A stretch of 45,104 nucleotides of DNA, from the IMG/VR virus record IMGVR_UViG_3300028591_000032, positions 1-45,104 of that record; one strand, given 5' to 3'. The notes beneath the pieces are model-generated. The model was not told the DNA's origin and searched no databases. It saw only the letters and a list, made by a program, of their open reading frames with translations. This DNA comes from a virus. Both the position numbers and the translations under genes were made by a program. Below are positions 34,707 through 41,235 of this stretch, piece by piece (position 1 is the stretch's first letter; every line of letters begins with the position of its first letter).

Positions 34707-34816
34707 CCCACCAAGCTCAACAGCTTCAGGATGCAGTATTCCAGCATCCCGGAGCCTACAAAGAAGAACGCTGCCAAAAAAAGAATGTAGCAGAGAATGT
34801 CCTTAATCTTGTTCAT
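34700..34816 (-). CDS. 38-aa hydrophobic small protein (below the track cutoff)
   Basis: GGGAGGTAAGACA precedes ATG 34816. The sequence is MNKIKDILCYILFLAAFFFVGSGMLEYCILKLLSLVGW. Confidence 0.4.
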   Translation of the reverse strand: MNKIKDILCYILFLAAFFFVGSGMLEYCILKLLSLVGW

Positions 34817-34820
34817 TGTC

Positions 34821-35048
34821 TTACCTCCCAATGCAGTCCCGCAGCTCATCCAGCGGGATATGTCCGCGCCTGGAGATCTTGTCCAGCTCCTCCAGTGTGA
34901 GCTTTCCCGGCGCGTCGATCCGCGCCTTGGCCGTAGGCCTGGATACGCCCAGGATCTCCGCCAGCTTCGGGCCGGTCATACCGTAGCCCACCAGCAGCCT
35001 GTGCATCCGCGCCCACGGCTGGGGCGTCAGCGGCTTAATGTACGGCAT
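34821..35048 (-). CDS. 75-aa HTH DNA-binding protein (early regulator)
   Basis: MTGPKLAEILGVSRPTAKARI is HTH-like. Confidence 0.55.
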   Translation of the reverse strand: MPYIKPLTPQPWARMHRLLVGYGMTGPKLAEILGVSRPTAKARIDAPGKLTLEELDKISRRGHIPLDELRDCIGR

Positions 35049-35241
35049 CGGCGGTGCCCTCTCTCAGTAGCTCGTCCACGGTGACGCCGAAGTAGTCCGC
35101 CACCTTTTTCAGCAGATCTACACGGGGGCGCCCGCTGCCCCAGTTATCGATCACGCCGTTGGCAATCCCGGTTTCCTTCTCCAGCGCATGGATGGACAAG
35201 TTCCGCTCCCGGCATAGCCGCTTGATGTTGTCTAAGATCAA
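35035..35241 (-). CDS. Cro-like XRE-family HTH regulator
   Basis: A TTG start lies 7 nt after AAGGAGG. The sequence is LSIHALEKETGIANGVIDNWGSGRPRVDLLKKVADYFGVTVDELL. It is divergent from the CI-like gene. Confidence 0.7.
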   Translation of the reverse strand: MILDNIKRLCRERNLSIHALEKETGIANGVIDNWGSGRPRVDLLKKVADYFGVTVDELLREGTADAVH

Positions 35242-35263
35242 TTCCTTCCCTCCTTTTAACAGC

Positions 35264-35292
35264 TTGACAGAGCTTAGGAAATAAGCTAAACT
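35264..35292 (+). promoter_or_regulatory. Rightward promoter candidate (TTGACA, 17 nt, TAAACT) with TTAGGAAAT in the spacer
   Basis: ttgacagagcTTAGGAAATaagctaaact. It lies 145 nt upstream of the CI-like ATG. Confidence 0.45.
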
Positions 35293-35369
35293 AGTGATGC
35301 TGACACAATTAACCTATTTCTGCCCAGCGCGTGAAGGGCGGCGGGTGTTCTGCGCCCTTCATACCTCCC

Positions 35370-35397
35370 ATTATATAGGGTATTTCCTAAATGTCAA
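35370..35397 (-). promoter_or_regulatory. Leftward (lytic) promoter candidate (TTGACA, 16 nt, TATAAT) with TTAGGAAAT in the spacer
   Basis: The minus strand reads TTGACAtTTAGGAAATaccctaTATAAT. It faces the rightward promoter. Confidence 0.55.
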
Positions 35398-35437
35398 CAT
35401 AAATTTAGGATTTTTCCTCGATTTTTAGGAGGCCGTC

Positions 35438-35839
35438 ATGACACAGATAGAACGAGTCCGAAGGATATGCAAAGAAAAGGGCATTCCAGTTTACAAACTT
35501 GAACAAGATTTAGGCTTTAGTAACGGGTATTTGAATCCCAAAAAAGCACAAAGCATCTCTTATATCCGGCTTCTGGCGATTGCGGACTATCTGGACGTTT
35601 CGATTTACGAATTGACGGGAGAAGAACCTAAAATTCCGGCCATTACTCCATCAATGGAGTTTGTTCCTACGGACAAAGCCAAGACCATTCCTGAAGATGA
35701 CATGGAAGATATTCTGGAGACGCTTCGGGAGCGGCCGGACATGCGGATCCTGTTCAAAACATCTAAAAAAGCCACTCCGGAAGCTGTAATGAAGGTGGCC
35801 GAACTGCTTAAGGCTTTTGAGCATGACGATACCGATTGA
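35438..35839 (+). CDS. CI-like XRE-family repressor
   Basis: TAGGAGG precedes the ATG. The HTH reads IPVYKLEQDLGFSNGYLN. It lies upstream of the ImmA-like gene and the integrase. Confidence 0.7.
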   Translation: MTQIERVRRICKEKGIPVYKLEQDLGFSNGYLNPKKAQSISYIRLLAIADYLDVSIYELTGEEPKIPAITPSMEFVPTDKAKTIPEDDMEDILETLRERPDMRILFKTSKKATPEAVMKVAELLKAFEHDDTD

Positions 35840-36257
35840 GGGTGCGGACTACTTTGTCCGGGCCGTGGACCTGAAGGACGATTCAATAAACGCTGCTGTC
35901 CGGCCGAATGATGACGGCACATATTCGGTATATTTGAACACCCGCGCATCTAGCGAAGCCCAGCATGCGGCCATGGACCACGAACTGGAGCACATATCCG
36001 AAGATGACTTCAACAATGAGAAACCCATATCTGAGATCGAGAACCGGCAGCTAAAGAAACAAAAAAAGCCCCGCGAAAACCGCAGCGCTTTAGATCCGCA
36101 GGAGCGGGCCAGGGTACAATCGCTGATCCGCCAGGCGTGGACCGACGATCACATCCGCATCATTGACGCGGAAGATGCGACGCTGGAAGATCTGGAAGAA
36201 ATGCTGGCCTGGCTAAAGAGTCAGCATGATAGCGAATATTCATTCGATTGGAGCTGA
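35823..36257 (+). CDS. ImmA/IrrE-like HExxH metallopeptidase (antirepressor protease candidate)
   Basis: The motif is AAMDHELEHISEDDF. The gene is coupled to the repressor gene. The track start is TTG 35817. Confidence 0.6.
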   Translation: MTIPIEGADYFVRAVDLKDDSINAAVRPNDDGTYSVYLNTRASSEAQHAAMDHELEHISEDDFNNEKPISEIENRQLKKQKKPRENRSALDPQERARVQSLIRQAWTDDHIRIIDAEDATLEDLEEMLAWLKSQHDSEYSFDWS

Positions 36258-36262
36258 TTGCA

Positions 36263-37324
36263 ATGAAGGTACCTGAGCCGCGCAAGCTCCCCTCCGGTAA
36301 CTGGTTCTGCCGGCTCCGCCTGGGTGGTGAGGATATCCCCATCACCTGCGCCACGGCGAAGGAAGCCACTCGGAAGGCCACGCTGATCAAGGCGGAATAC
36401 CTGGCCGGGAAGCGGACGCCACAGGCCAAAAGCTCCATGACGCTGCGGGAGGCCTGCGCCAAGTACATCTCCGCCCAGGAGAAGGCAAAGCACTCCCCGG
36501 AGACGATCCGGGGGTATGACGTGATCATGCGCTGCCGCTTCCAGTCCGTGATGGATCTTCCCGTCAGCTCCATCACCGACTGGCAAGCCGCATATAACAA
36601 AGACGCCGCCAGGCTGTCCCCGAAGTCAATGGAGAACGCCTGGCGGTTCATCAGATCAGTATGTAAGCACGAATGCGGGATCGCCCTGCCGGAGATCAGC
36701 ACGGTCAAGCGCAGTCGGCCGGACCACGCCTTCCTGGAGCCGGAAGATATCAAGCGATTTGTGGCAGAAGCTGCAAAGGATAAACACGCGATCCCGCTCC
36801 TGCTCTGCCTCAGCTCCTGCCGCAGCTCAGAGGTCCAGGGCCTGGAATGGTCCCAGGTGGATCTGGAGCATAACCGCATTCACATTACGCAGACGACGGT
36901 CCAGAATAAGGATCGGGAGTATGTGACGAAAACCGGAGCGAAAACGGCAGAGTCCGCCAGGTATATCCCTTTGTTCATCCCGGAGCTGAGGACCGCGCTC
37001 CAGGCCGTCCGGGACAAGTCCGGCAAGGTGGTGAAGGTCCGCCCGAACAGCGTTTACCGGCGGGCCAATCAGATCTGTGAGCGCCTGGGCCTGCCGCCCG
37101 TCGGCCAGCACGGCCTCCGTCACAGCTTCGCCAGCCTGTGCTTTTCCCTGGACGTCCCCGCGAAGATCACCCAACAGATCGGCGGCTGGAAGGATGACCA
37201 GATCGTCATGGAGATATACACCCACCTGAGCCAGAAGCACCTGGAGGATCAGCTGGGCAAGCTAGAGCAATTCTTCCAAAACGGCAATGAAAACGACAAT
37301 GCAGAAAAAAATGCCGCGCAGTAG
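36263..37324 (+). CDS. int: Tyrosine recombinase/integrase
   Basis: The C-terminal catalytic block reads HGLRHSFASL...GGWKDDQIVMEIYTHL. The track start is TTG 36248; ATG 36263 has a GGAG SD. Confidence 0.85.
   Translation: MKVPEPRKLPSGNWFCRLRLGGEDIPITCATAKEATRKATLIKAEYLAGKRTPQAKSSMTLREACAKYISAQEKAKHSPETIRGYDVIMRCRFQSVMDLPVSSITDWQAAYNKDAARLSPKSMENAWRFIRSVCKHECGIALPEISTVKRSRPDHAFLEPEDIKRFVAEAAKDKHAIPLLLCLSSCRSSEVQGLEWSQVDLEHNRIHITQTTVQNKDREYVTKTGAKTAESARYIPLFIPELRTALQAVRDKSGKVVKVRPNSVYRRANQICERLGLPPVGQHGLRHSFASLCFSLDVPAKITQQIGGWKDDQIVMEIYTHLSQKHLEDQLGKLEQFFQNGNENDNAEKNAAQ
37283..37301 (+). repeat. Arm-type repeat GGCAATGAAAACGACAATG (left of the att core, inside the int 3-prime end)
   Basis: 18 of 19 bases are identical to 37514-37532. 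Confidence 0.7.
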
Positions 37325-37339
37325 GGCCATTCTTGGCAT

Positions 37340-37374
37340 ATCAAGCGGGGGTTCGACTCCCCCCGCCTCCACCA
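37340..37374 (+). other. 3-prime end of a tmRNA/tRNA (T-arm, acceptor 3-prime strand and CCA); candidate attP core
   Basis: GGGGG-TTCGACT-CCCCC, then CGCCTCC-A-CCA. The CUCCACCA ending and U70 are typical of tmRNA and tRNA-Ala. There is no D-arm or anticodon arm upstream, so this is only a fragment. Confidence 0.65.
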
Positions 37375-37387
37375 AAAAGTACGAAAG

Positions 37388-37415
37388 CCGCCCGGCCTGA
37401 TGGCTGGGCGGTTTT
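37388..37415 (+). terminator. Rho-independent terminator following the tRNA-like fragment
   Basis: A 10-bp stem (ccgcccggcc/ggctgggcgg, one G-U pair), loop tgat, then TTTT. Confidence 0.65.
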
Positions 37416-37513
37416 CGCATAACCACGCCATTTTCGGCGTGTTGGGAGCTGAGAATGTGCTTTCGGCAGAGTAATTATTTCTGCCCTTCCGAAAACCAAT
37501 TTGACAACGAAAT

Positions 37514-37532
37514 GGCAATGAAAACGGCAATG
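37514..37532 (+). repeat. Arm-type repeat GGCAATGAAAACGGCAATG (right of the att core)
   Basis: This is the partner of 37283-37301. A further GGCAATGAAA lies at 37527. Confidence 0.7.
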
Positions 37533-37570
37533 AAATCAATCCAGTCCCAGGCTAACGATTAAATAGTCCA

Positions 37571-37598
37571 AAGAGGGGCCGGTTTCCCGGTCCCTCTT
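37571..37598 (-). terminator. Hairpin terminator after the last minus-strand accessory gene
   Basis: aagaggggccgg-tttc-ccggtccctctt lies 5 nt past the TAA at 37603-37605. Confidence 0.5.
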
Positions 37599-37602
37599 CT
37601 CG

Positions 37603-38028
37603 TTACATGCGATCCAGCATGCTCTTGAGCTTGCGGCGCTCGGACTCCGGCATATCCCGGAAATCCATCATGATGTCCTCGATTCCGTCGTGGGCGCTGT
37701 ACCCACCGTCTCGGGAGACGTAGCGGCCCATGCTGTCACGCCCGCGCCGGTTGGAATATTCGTCGGCGTAGGACCTACGCATGGAGTTCCCGCCCTCATA
37801 GCTCCGGCGATATTCTCCACCATCATAGCTCCTTCGGGACTCCCCGCCCTCAGACTCCATCATGGCCAGCGTGGTCTTGACGCACTTGAGAGAATGGGTC
37901 AGCTTGTCGATGATGTCGATGTTCGCCACGCTCATGTCCCCACCGCGCTTCAAACGATCAGTGCTGTCCCGCAGATGCTGGGTGATGATCTCGCACAGCT
38001 CTTCCAGGACCTTGGTCTTGTCTTCCAT
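37603..38028 (-). CDS. 141-aa hypothetical protein with RRSY/GG repeats
   Basis: ATG 38028 follows AAGGAG. The sequence contains GGESRRSYDGGEYRRSYEGGNSMRRSYADEYSNRRGRDSMGRYVSRDGGYS, with helical ends. Confidence 0.6.
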   Translation of the reverse strand: MEDKTKVLEELCEIITQHLRDSTDRLKRGGDMSVANIDIIDKLTHSLKCVKTTLAMMESEGGESRRSYDGGEYRRSYEGGNSMRRSYADEYSNRRGRDSMGRYVSRDGGYSAHDGIEDIMMDFRDMPESERRKLKSMLDRM

Positions 38029-38041
38029 TTTTTCTCCTTCC

Positions 38042-38503
38042 TCAGCGCACTCGATCGAAGGCAACGGTCAGGACGCCGTTGCTCAGGGTGATCGGCTGTG
38101 CGCTGGTGTTGCGGATGGCAACGCTCCCGCATCCGCAGATATACGGGATGGACACGATGATGTCAGTGCCCACGTTGCCGTACTCCTCAACGGCTGCCGG
38201 CGTAAAGCGCATCAGGCTCCCCGCGTCGCTTTCTCCCTCCTCCGCGACGGAGAGGGTGATCTCTTCCACGGTCCCGCCGGTAGGCACCGCTATGTTGCCG
38301 TTGAAGGAGACCAGGTAGTCAGCCTCGGGCATGCCGCAGCAGCCGCAGTGGGAGTATCCCATGGTACGCGGTGACGCGAGCCGGAAAAGCCCGCTGTTGG
38401 GCCGGTGGAACACCAGCCCACGATTGCATGGCGCGGAAGCCGCGCCGAAAATGACGCTGGCGCCCGGCTGAACGGTCTGCTCAGTTGCAATGAATTCAGG
38501 CAT
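38042..38503 (-). CDS. 153-aa Cys-rich beta-sandwich protein (BclA C-terminal/C1q-like pattern)
   Basis: EQTVQPGASVIFGAAS...GLFRL...ADYLVSFNGNIAVP...IRNTSAQPITLSNGVLTV resembles the C1q/TNF-like exosporium and fibre tip domains as I remember them. CGCCG and CGCG clusters are present. Confidence 0.35.
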   Translation of the reverse strand: MPEFIATEQTVQPGASVIFGAASAPCNRGLVFHRPNSGLFRLASPRTMGYSHCGCCGMPEADYLVSFNGNIAVPTGGTVEEITLSVAEEGESDAGSLMRFTPAAVEEYGNVGTDIIVSIPYICGCGSVAIRNTSAQPITLSNGVLTVAFDRVR

Positions 38504-38518
38504 TCAGCTCACCGCCCT

Positions 38519-39400
38519 TCAGGCAGCGAAGCCGAAGCCGTTGTTGCCGCAGCCGCAGCCGTTGTTCACGGGCTGGGTGCAGTTCCAGATCCGCTGGTTC
38601 CCAAATACCGGTACGGTATCCACGGGGCAGTCCTTCAGCCGCGTGTAAACGCGGTCCACGATGCTGTCCGCGTTGGCGATCCGGGAAGCCTCTCCACGGG
38701 CATACAGCAGCTCGGTCCGCAGATTGTCGATCTCGCGGTCCTTCGCCGCGCTCTGGCCCTTCACGTTGTCCAGCTCCAGCTGGCACAGCTTGTCAATGAT
38801 GGACTGCCCCACCCGGTTCTGGTTGTCGATGATATCTCTGGTGTTCTGGTAGCCCGCCGTGCGGTTGGCGCAGGCCTCCGTGCTGATGGTGTAGCGGTTC
38901 TCAGCCAGACCGCTCTGGAGCGCAAAGCCCTGCTGCATGCTGGCCATCTGCCGGTTGTTTGCCGCGATCTCTGCGCCGTAAAAGCCGTCCCGCACCGCGC
39001 CGGTGATGCTGTTGCCGGTTTCGCAGATCTGACGCCCGATACCGGCCATGCCAAGCTGAACGTCGCCGAAGCCACGGTTCACGTCCGTGCGCAGGCCGTC
39101 GAGCTGCGTGTTGAGCTGCTGGTCCCGGAAGCCGTCGCTGATGTGCTGGCTATTGTTGAGCCAGGGGTAGAGGTAGTCCAGGCCGAAGCCGCCCATGCCA
39201 GCGCCCATCATCATGGGCCACATCATGCCGCCGCCGAAGCCGCCCAGGCCCCAGCCGCCGCCTCCGCCGATGAGAAGCAGTAGGATGACCCAGCCCAGGA
39301 AATCCCCGCCGAAGAGGCCGCCCTGGTTACCATAGCCGCCATACGCAGGAGCGACCGGCATATAGAAGCCGTTGTTCCGGCCCTCGTCAAAAATTGCCAT
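38519..39400 (-). CDS. 293-aa Gly-rich membrane/coiled-coil protein with a Cys-rich C-terminus
   Basis: ATG 39400. The sequence has GGYGNQGGLFGGDFLGWVILLLLIGGGGGWGLGGFGGGMMWPMMMGAGMGGFG, then a Gln/Asn-rich helical region, and ends in NNGCGCGNNGFGFAA. Confidence 0.6.
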   Translation of the reverse strand: MAIFDEGRNNGFYMPVAPAYGGYGNQGGLFGGDFLGWVILLLLIGGGGGWGLGGFGGGMMWPMMMGAGMGGFGLDYLYPWLNNSQHISDGFRDQQLNTQLDGLRTDVNRGFGDVQLGMAGIGRQICETGNSITGAVRDGFYGAEIAANNRQMASMQQGFALQSGLAENRYTISTEACANRTAGYQNTRDIIDNQNRVGQSIIDKLCQLELDNVKGQSAAKDREIDNLRTELLYARGEASRIANADSIVDRVYTRLKDCPVDTVPVFGNQRIWNCTQPVNNGCGCGNNGFGFAA

Positions 39401-39459
39401 TGTCTTAGTCCTTTCGTTGTATTTATTCCTCCGCCGTGTGCACCCGGACGGCTGAATAC

Positions 39460-39726
39460 TCATTTTCTGAGGCCCAGTCTGTTGAAAACCTGTGGAACCT
39501 TCTGTGCCCCCACCTGGCCCGTACGAAGCAGATACTGGGTGATCTGCCGCACGTCCGTCATGCCTTCCGGGATGTTGTATCCCCTCGCTTGCAGATAGGC
39601 CCCCGGCCCTCTGCTGATTTCGTCCACGTCACGCTGCATCTGTTGGAGCATCTGCGGGTCCATCTGCTGACCCTGCTGCGGGTTCTGCGGAGGCGTATGT
39701 CCTCCCAATCTCTCAAAAAGGCTCAT
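39460..39726 (-). CDS. 88-aa Gln-rich hypothetical protein
   Basis: ATG 39726 follows GGAGGAG. The sequence begins MSLFERLGGHTPPQNPQQGQQMDPQMLQQMQRD. Confidence 0.5.
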   Translation of the reverse strand: MSLFERLGGHTPPQNPQQGQQMDPQMLQQMQRDVDEISRGPGAYLQARGYNIPEGMTDVRQITQYLLRTGQVGAQKVPQVFNRLGLRK

Positions 39727-40132
39727 GCTGGTCTCCTCCCCTGTCATTCAATGCTGCCGACAGAAGTGCCTGCAGCTCATCCTTTCGCACATATTCTGCC
39801 GGATTCAGCTTCGGTGCGGGCGGCGCCGGAGGCCGCTTATCGTAATAGTCCTTGTCGAACTGTCCGCCCTGGTGCATGGTCTTCACGATAAAGGTCGATT
39901 CGTCCCGGCTCACAAACATCTGTGATGCTCCCGCCGCCATAGGGTACCGGTCAACTTCGTCCTCGCTGCCGTACTGAATGATTTCCGCGTGGATGGTGGG
40001 CGGAGTCATCGCCTGCGTGTTTTGGCTGTTCTGCCCGTGTCCCGTCAGCCCCATCATTCGCATGAATTGCGGGTCTTGCTGCGGCTGCTGCCCCGGGTAA
40101 TCCGGATACCATCTTCCCATCTGATCGATCAC
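39713..40132 (-). CDS. 139-aa Gln/Pro-rich hypothetical protein
   Basis: An ORF in the accessory operon. The sequence includes PGQQPQQDPQF...IHAEIIQYGSEDEVDRYPM. Confidence 0.55.
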   Translation of the reverse strand: MIDQMGRWYPDYPGQQPQQDPQFMRMMGLTGHGQNSQNTQAMTPPTIHAEIIQYGSEDEVDRYPMAAGASQMFVSRDESTFIVKTMHQGGQFDKDYYDKRPPAPPAPKLNPAEYVRKDELQALLSAALNDRGGDQHEPF

Positions 40133-40144
40133 AGCTGAATCCTC

Positions 40145-40519
40145 CTATCGTTCAAAGTAGTATGTCGGTATGGTCTGCGTGCTGTTCCAGCTGTCCCAGA
40201 CGTCCCCTTCGATGATGCTGACTGCATGCTCCGGTGGCCCTAGCACGTATATCCCCCGGGGGTGGTCCTCCGCAAAATCCGCCACGGTATAGCACTCCGG
40301 GCAGCGGTCGATCATCTTGACACGCCTGAAGCCGTGATACCGCAGCATCTCCCACCACACCCGATCTGAGGACGGCATGTCCGCCATATCCCGGGAAAGG
40401 TCACACAGATCCCGGTGTACTCGGTTCCAGTCTTGCCCCGTCACTGCACATATGGCGCGGACGGTGCAGTCTCCCACCATCAATCCCTGTGGGTTGGGGT
40501 TCCATCGCCTCCACGCCAT
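40145..40519 (-). CDS. 124-aa protein with a papain-like Cys/His pattern (putative cysteine peptidase/amidase)
   Basis: AGGAGG lies 7 nt before the ATG. The motifs are GDCTVRAICAV and PEHAVSIIEGDVWDSWN. The assignment is by motif only. Confidence 0.55.
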   Translation of the reverse strand: MAWRRWNPNPQGLMVGDCTVRAICAVTGQDWNRVHRDLCDLSRDMADMPSSDRVWWEMLRYHGFRRVKMIDRCPECYTVADFAEDHPRGIYVLGPPEHAVSIIEGDVWDSWNSTQTIPTYYFER

Positions 40520-40607
40520 ATCGCGTCCTCCTCATGCGTTCTATCTCACCGTGCGCCCGGTCTACATCCCAGGCGCAGTAATCCAGGAGCTCCAAATAGT
40601 CGTACAT
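40401..40607 (-). CDS. Short leader ORF (MYDYLELLDYCAWDVDRAHGEIERMRRTR...); only the first 30 or so codons look coding
   Basis: GGAGGGCAAACAA precedes the ATG. After the overlap with 40145..40519 begins, G/C at third positions falls. Confidence 0.25.
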   Translation of the reverse strand: MYDYLELLDYCAWDVDRAHGEIERMRRTRYGVEAMEPQPTGIDGGRLHRPRHMCSDGARLEPSTPGSV

Positions 40608-40632
40608 TTGTTTGCCCTCCTGGGATAAGCAT

Positions 40633-40674
40633 ATAAAAAAGAGGGCCTATCCGGAAGTCACCGGATAGGCCCTC
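40633..40674 (-). terminator. Strong rho-independent terminator (14-bp perfect stem plus a T6 tract)
   Basis: The minus strand reads GAGGGCCTATCCGG-tgactt-CCGGATAGGCCCTC-TTTTTTAT, directly after the sigma-like gene. Confidence 0.8.
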
Positions 40675-40696
40675 ATCGGGTACGATATGGGTATTG

Positions 40697-40900
40697 TCAG
40701 TAGTAGCGGAAAATGGTTCGTTTCCCCTTGCGCATGATCTTTTTGATCCCCTCATAGGTGAGGTGATACTTATTTGCCAGCTCACCGTAGCTCAGCCCGT
40801 CCACCAGATTGTCCAATAGGATATCTCTATCTCTGGCGTTGTGGATGTACTCCGCCACCAGGTTCTTCACACGGACGTTGGAGTAATCCTCTGGGGTCAT
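40697..40900 (-). CDS. 67-aa sigma-70 region-4-like HTH protein
   Basis: LSYGELANKYHLTYEGIKKIMRKG is an HTH of the region-4/LuxR type. Confidence 0.5.
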   Translation of the reverse strand: MTPEDYSNVRVKNLVAEYIHNARDRDILLDNLVDGLSYGELANKYHLTYEGIKKIMRKGKRTIFRYY

Positions 40901-40942
40901 TTCCGCTTCCTCTTCGCGGTACCGCTGGCGTTTTTCTTCTTC

Positions 40943-41224
40943 TTAGTCCTCTTTCGGGTAGTAACCTTCAACTTCTGACCCATCGAACAATACACCATTC
41001 CTTTCCCCGATGATGTTGACGCCCTGTCCGTCCTGCGTGTATTCGCTGGTCGTACAGCTGAAGTCATACTGATTCAGATACAACAGGAACGCCGCAGCCA
41101 TGGCGATGATGATGATCAGCTCCACGATGTGGCCGATCCAGTGTCTACGGTCCCTGCGGTCCGCCCGCTCCTCCGCGGCCTCGAATGCTGCGAAGGGAAC
41201 GTAACTGTGATTGTTCTGTTCCAT
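40943..41224 (-). CDS. 93-aa single-pass membrane protein
   Basis: GAGGAGACATT precedes ATG 41224. The sequence is RRDRRHWIGHIVELIIIIAMAAAFLLYLNQYDF. The track ORF 40943..41773 extends upstream in a junk frame. Confidence 0.6.
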   Translation of the reverse strand: MEQNNHSYVPFAAFEAAEERADRRDRRHWIGHIVELIIIIAMAAAFLLYLNQYDFSCTTSEYTQDGQGVNIIGERNGVLFDGSEVEGYYPKED

Positions 41225-41235
41225 AATGTCTCCTC

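Noticed and set aside
37340-37374. A complete tRNA or tmRNA gene
   Set aside because: Only the T-arm, the 3-prime acceptor strand and CCA are present. No D-arm or anticodon arm, or tag-coding region, lies upstream, where the integrase stop is 16 nt away. It is an att-site fragment, not a functional RNA gene.
37249-37539. 96-aa minus-strand ORF spanning the integrase 3-prime end, the tRNA-like fragment and the terminator
   Set aside because: It runs through structured non-coding elements, has no SD and has an implausible composition.
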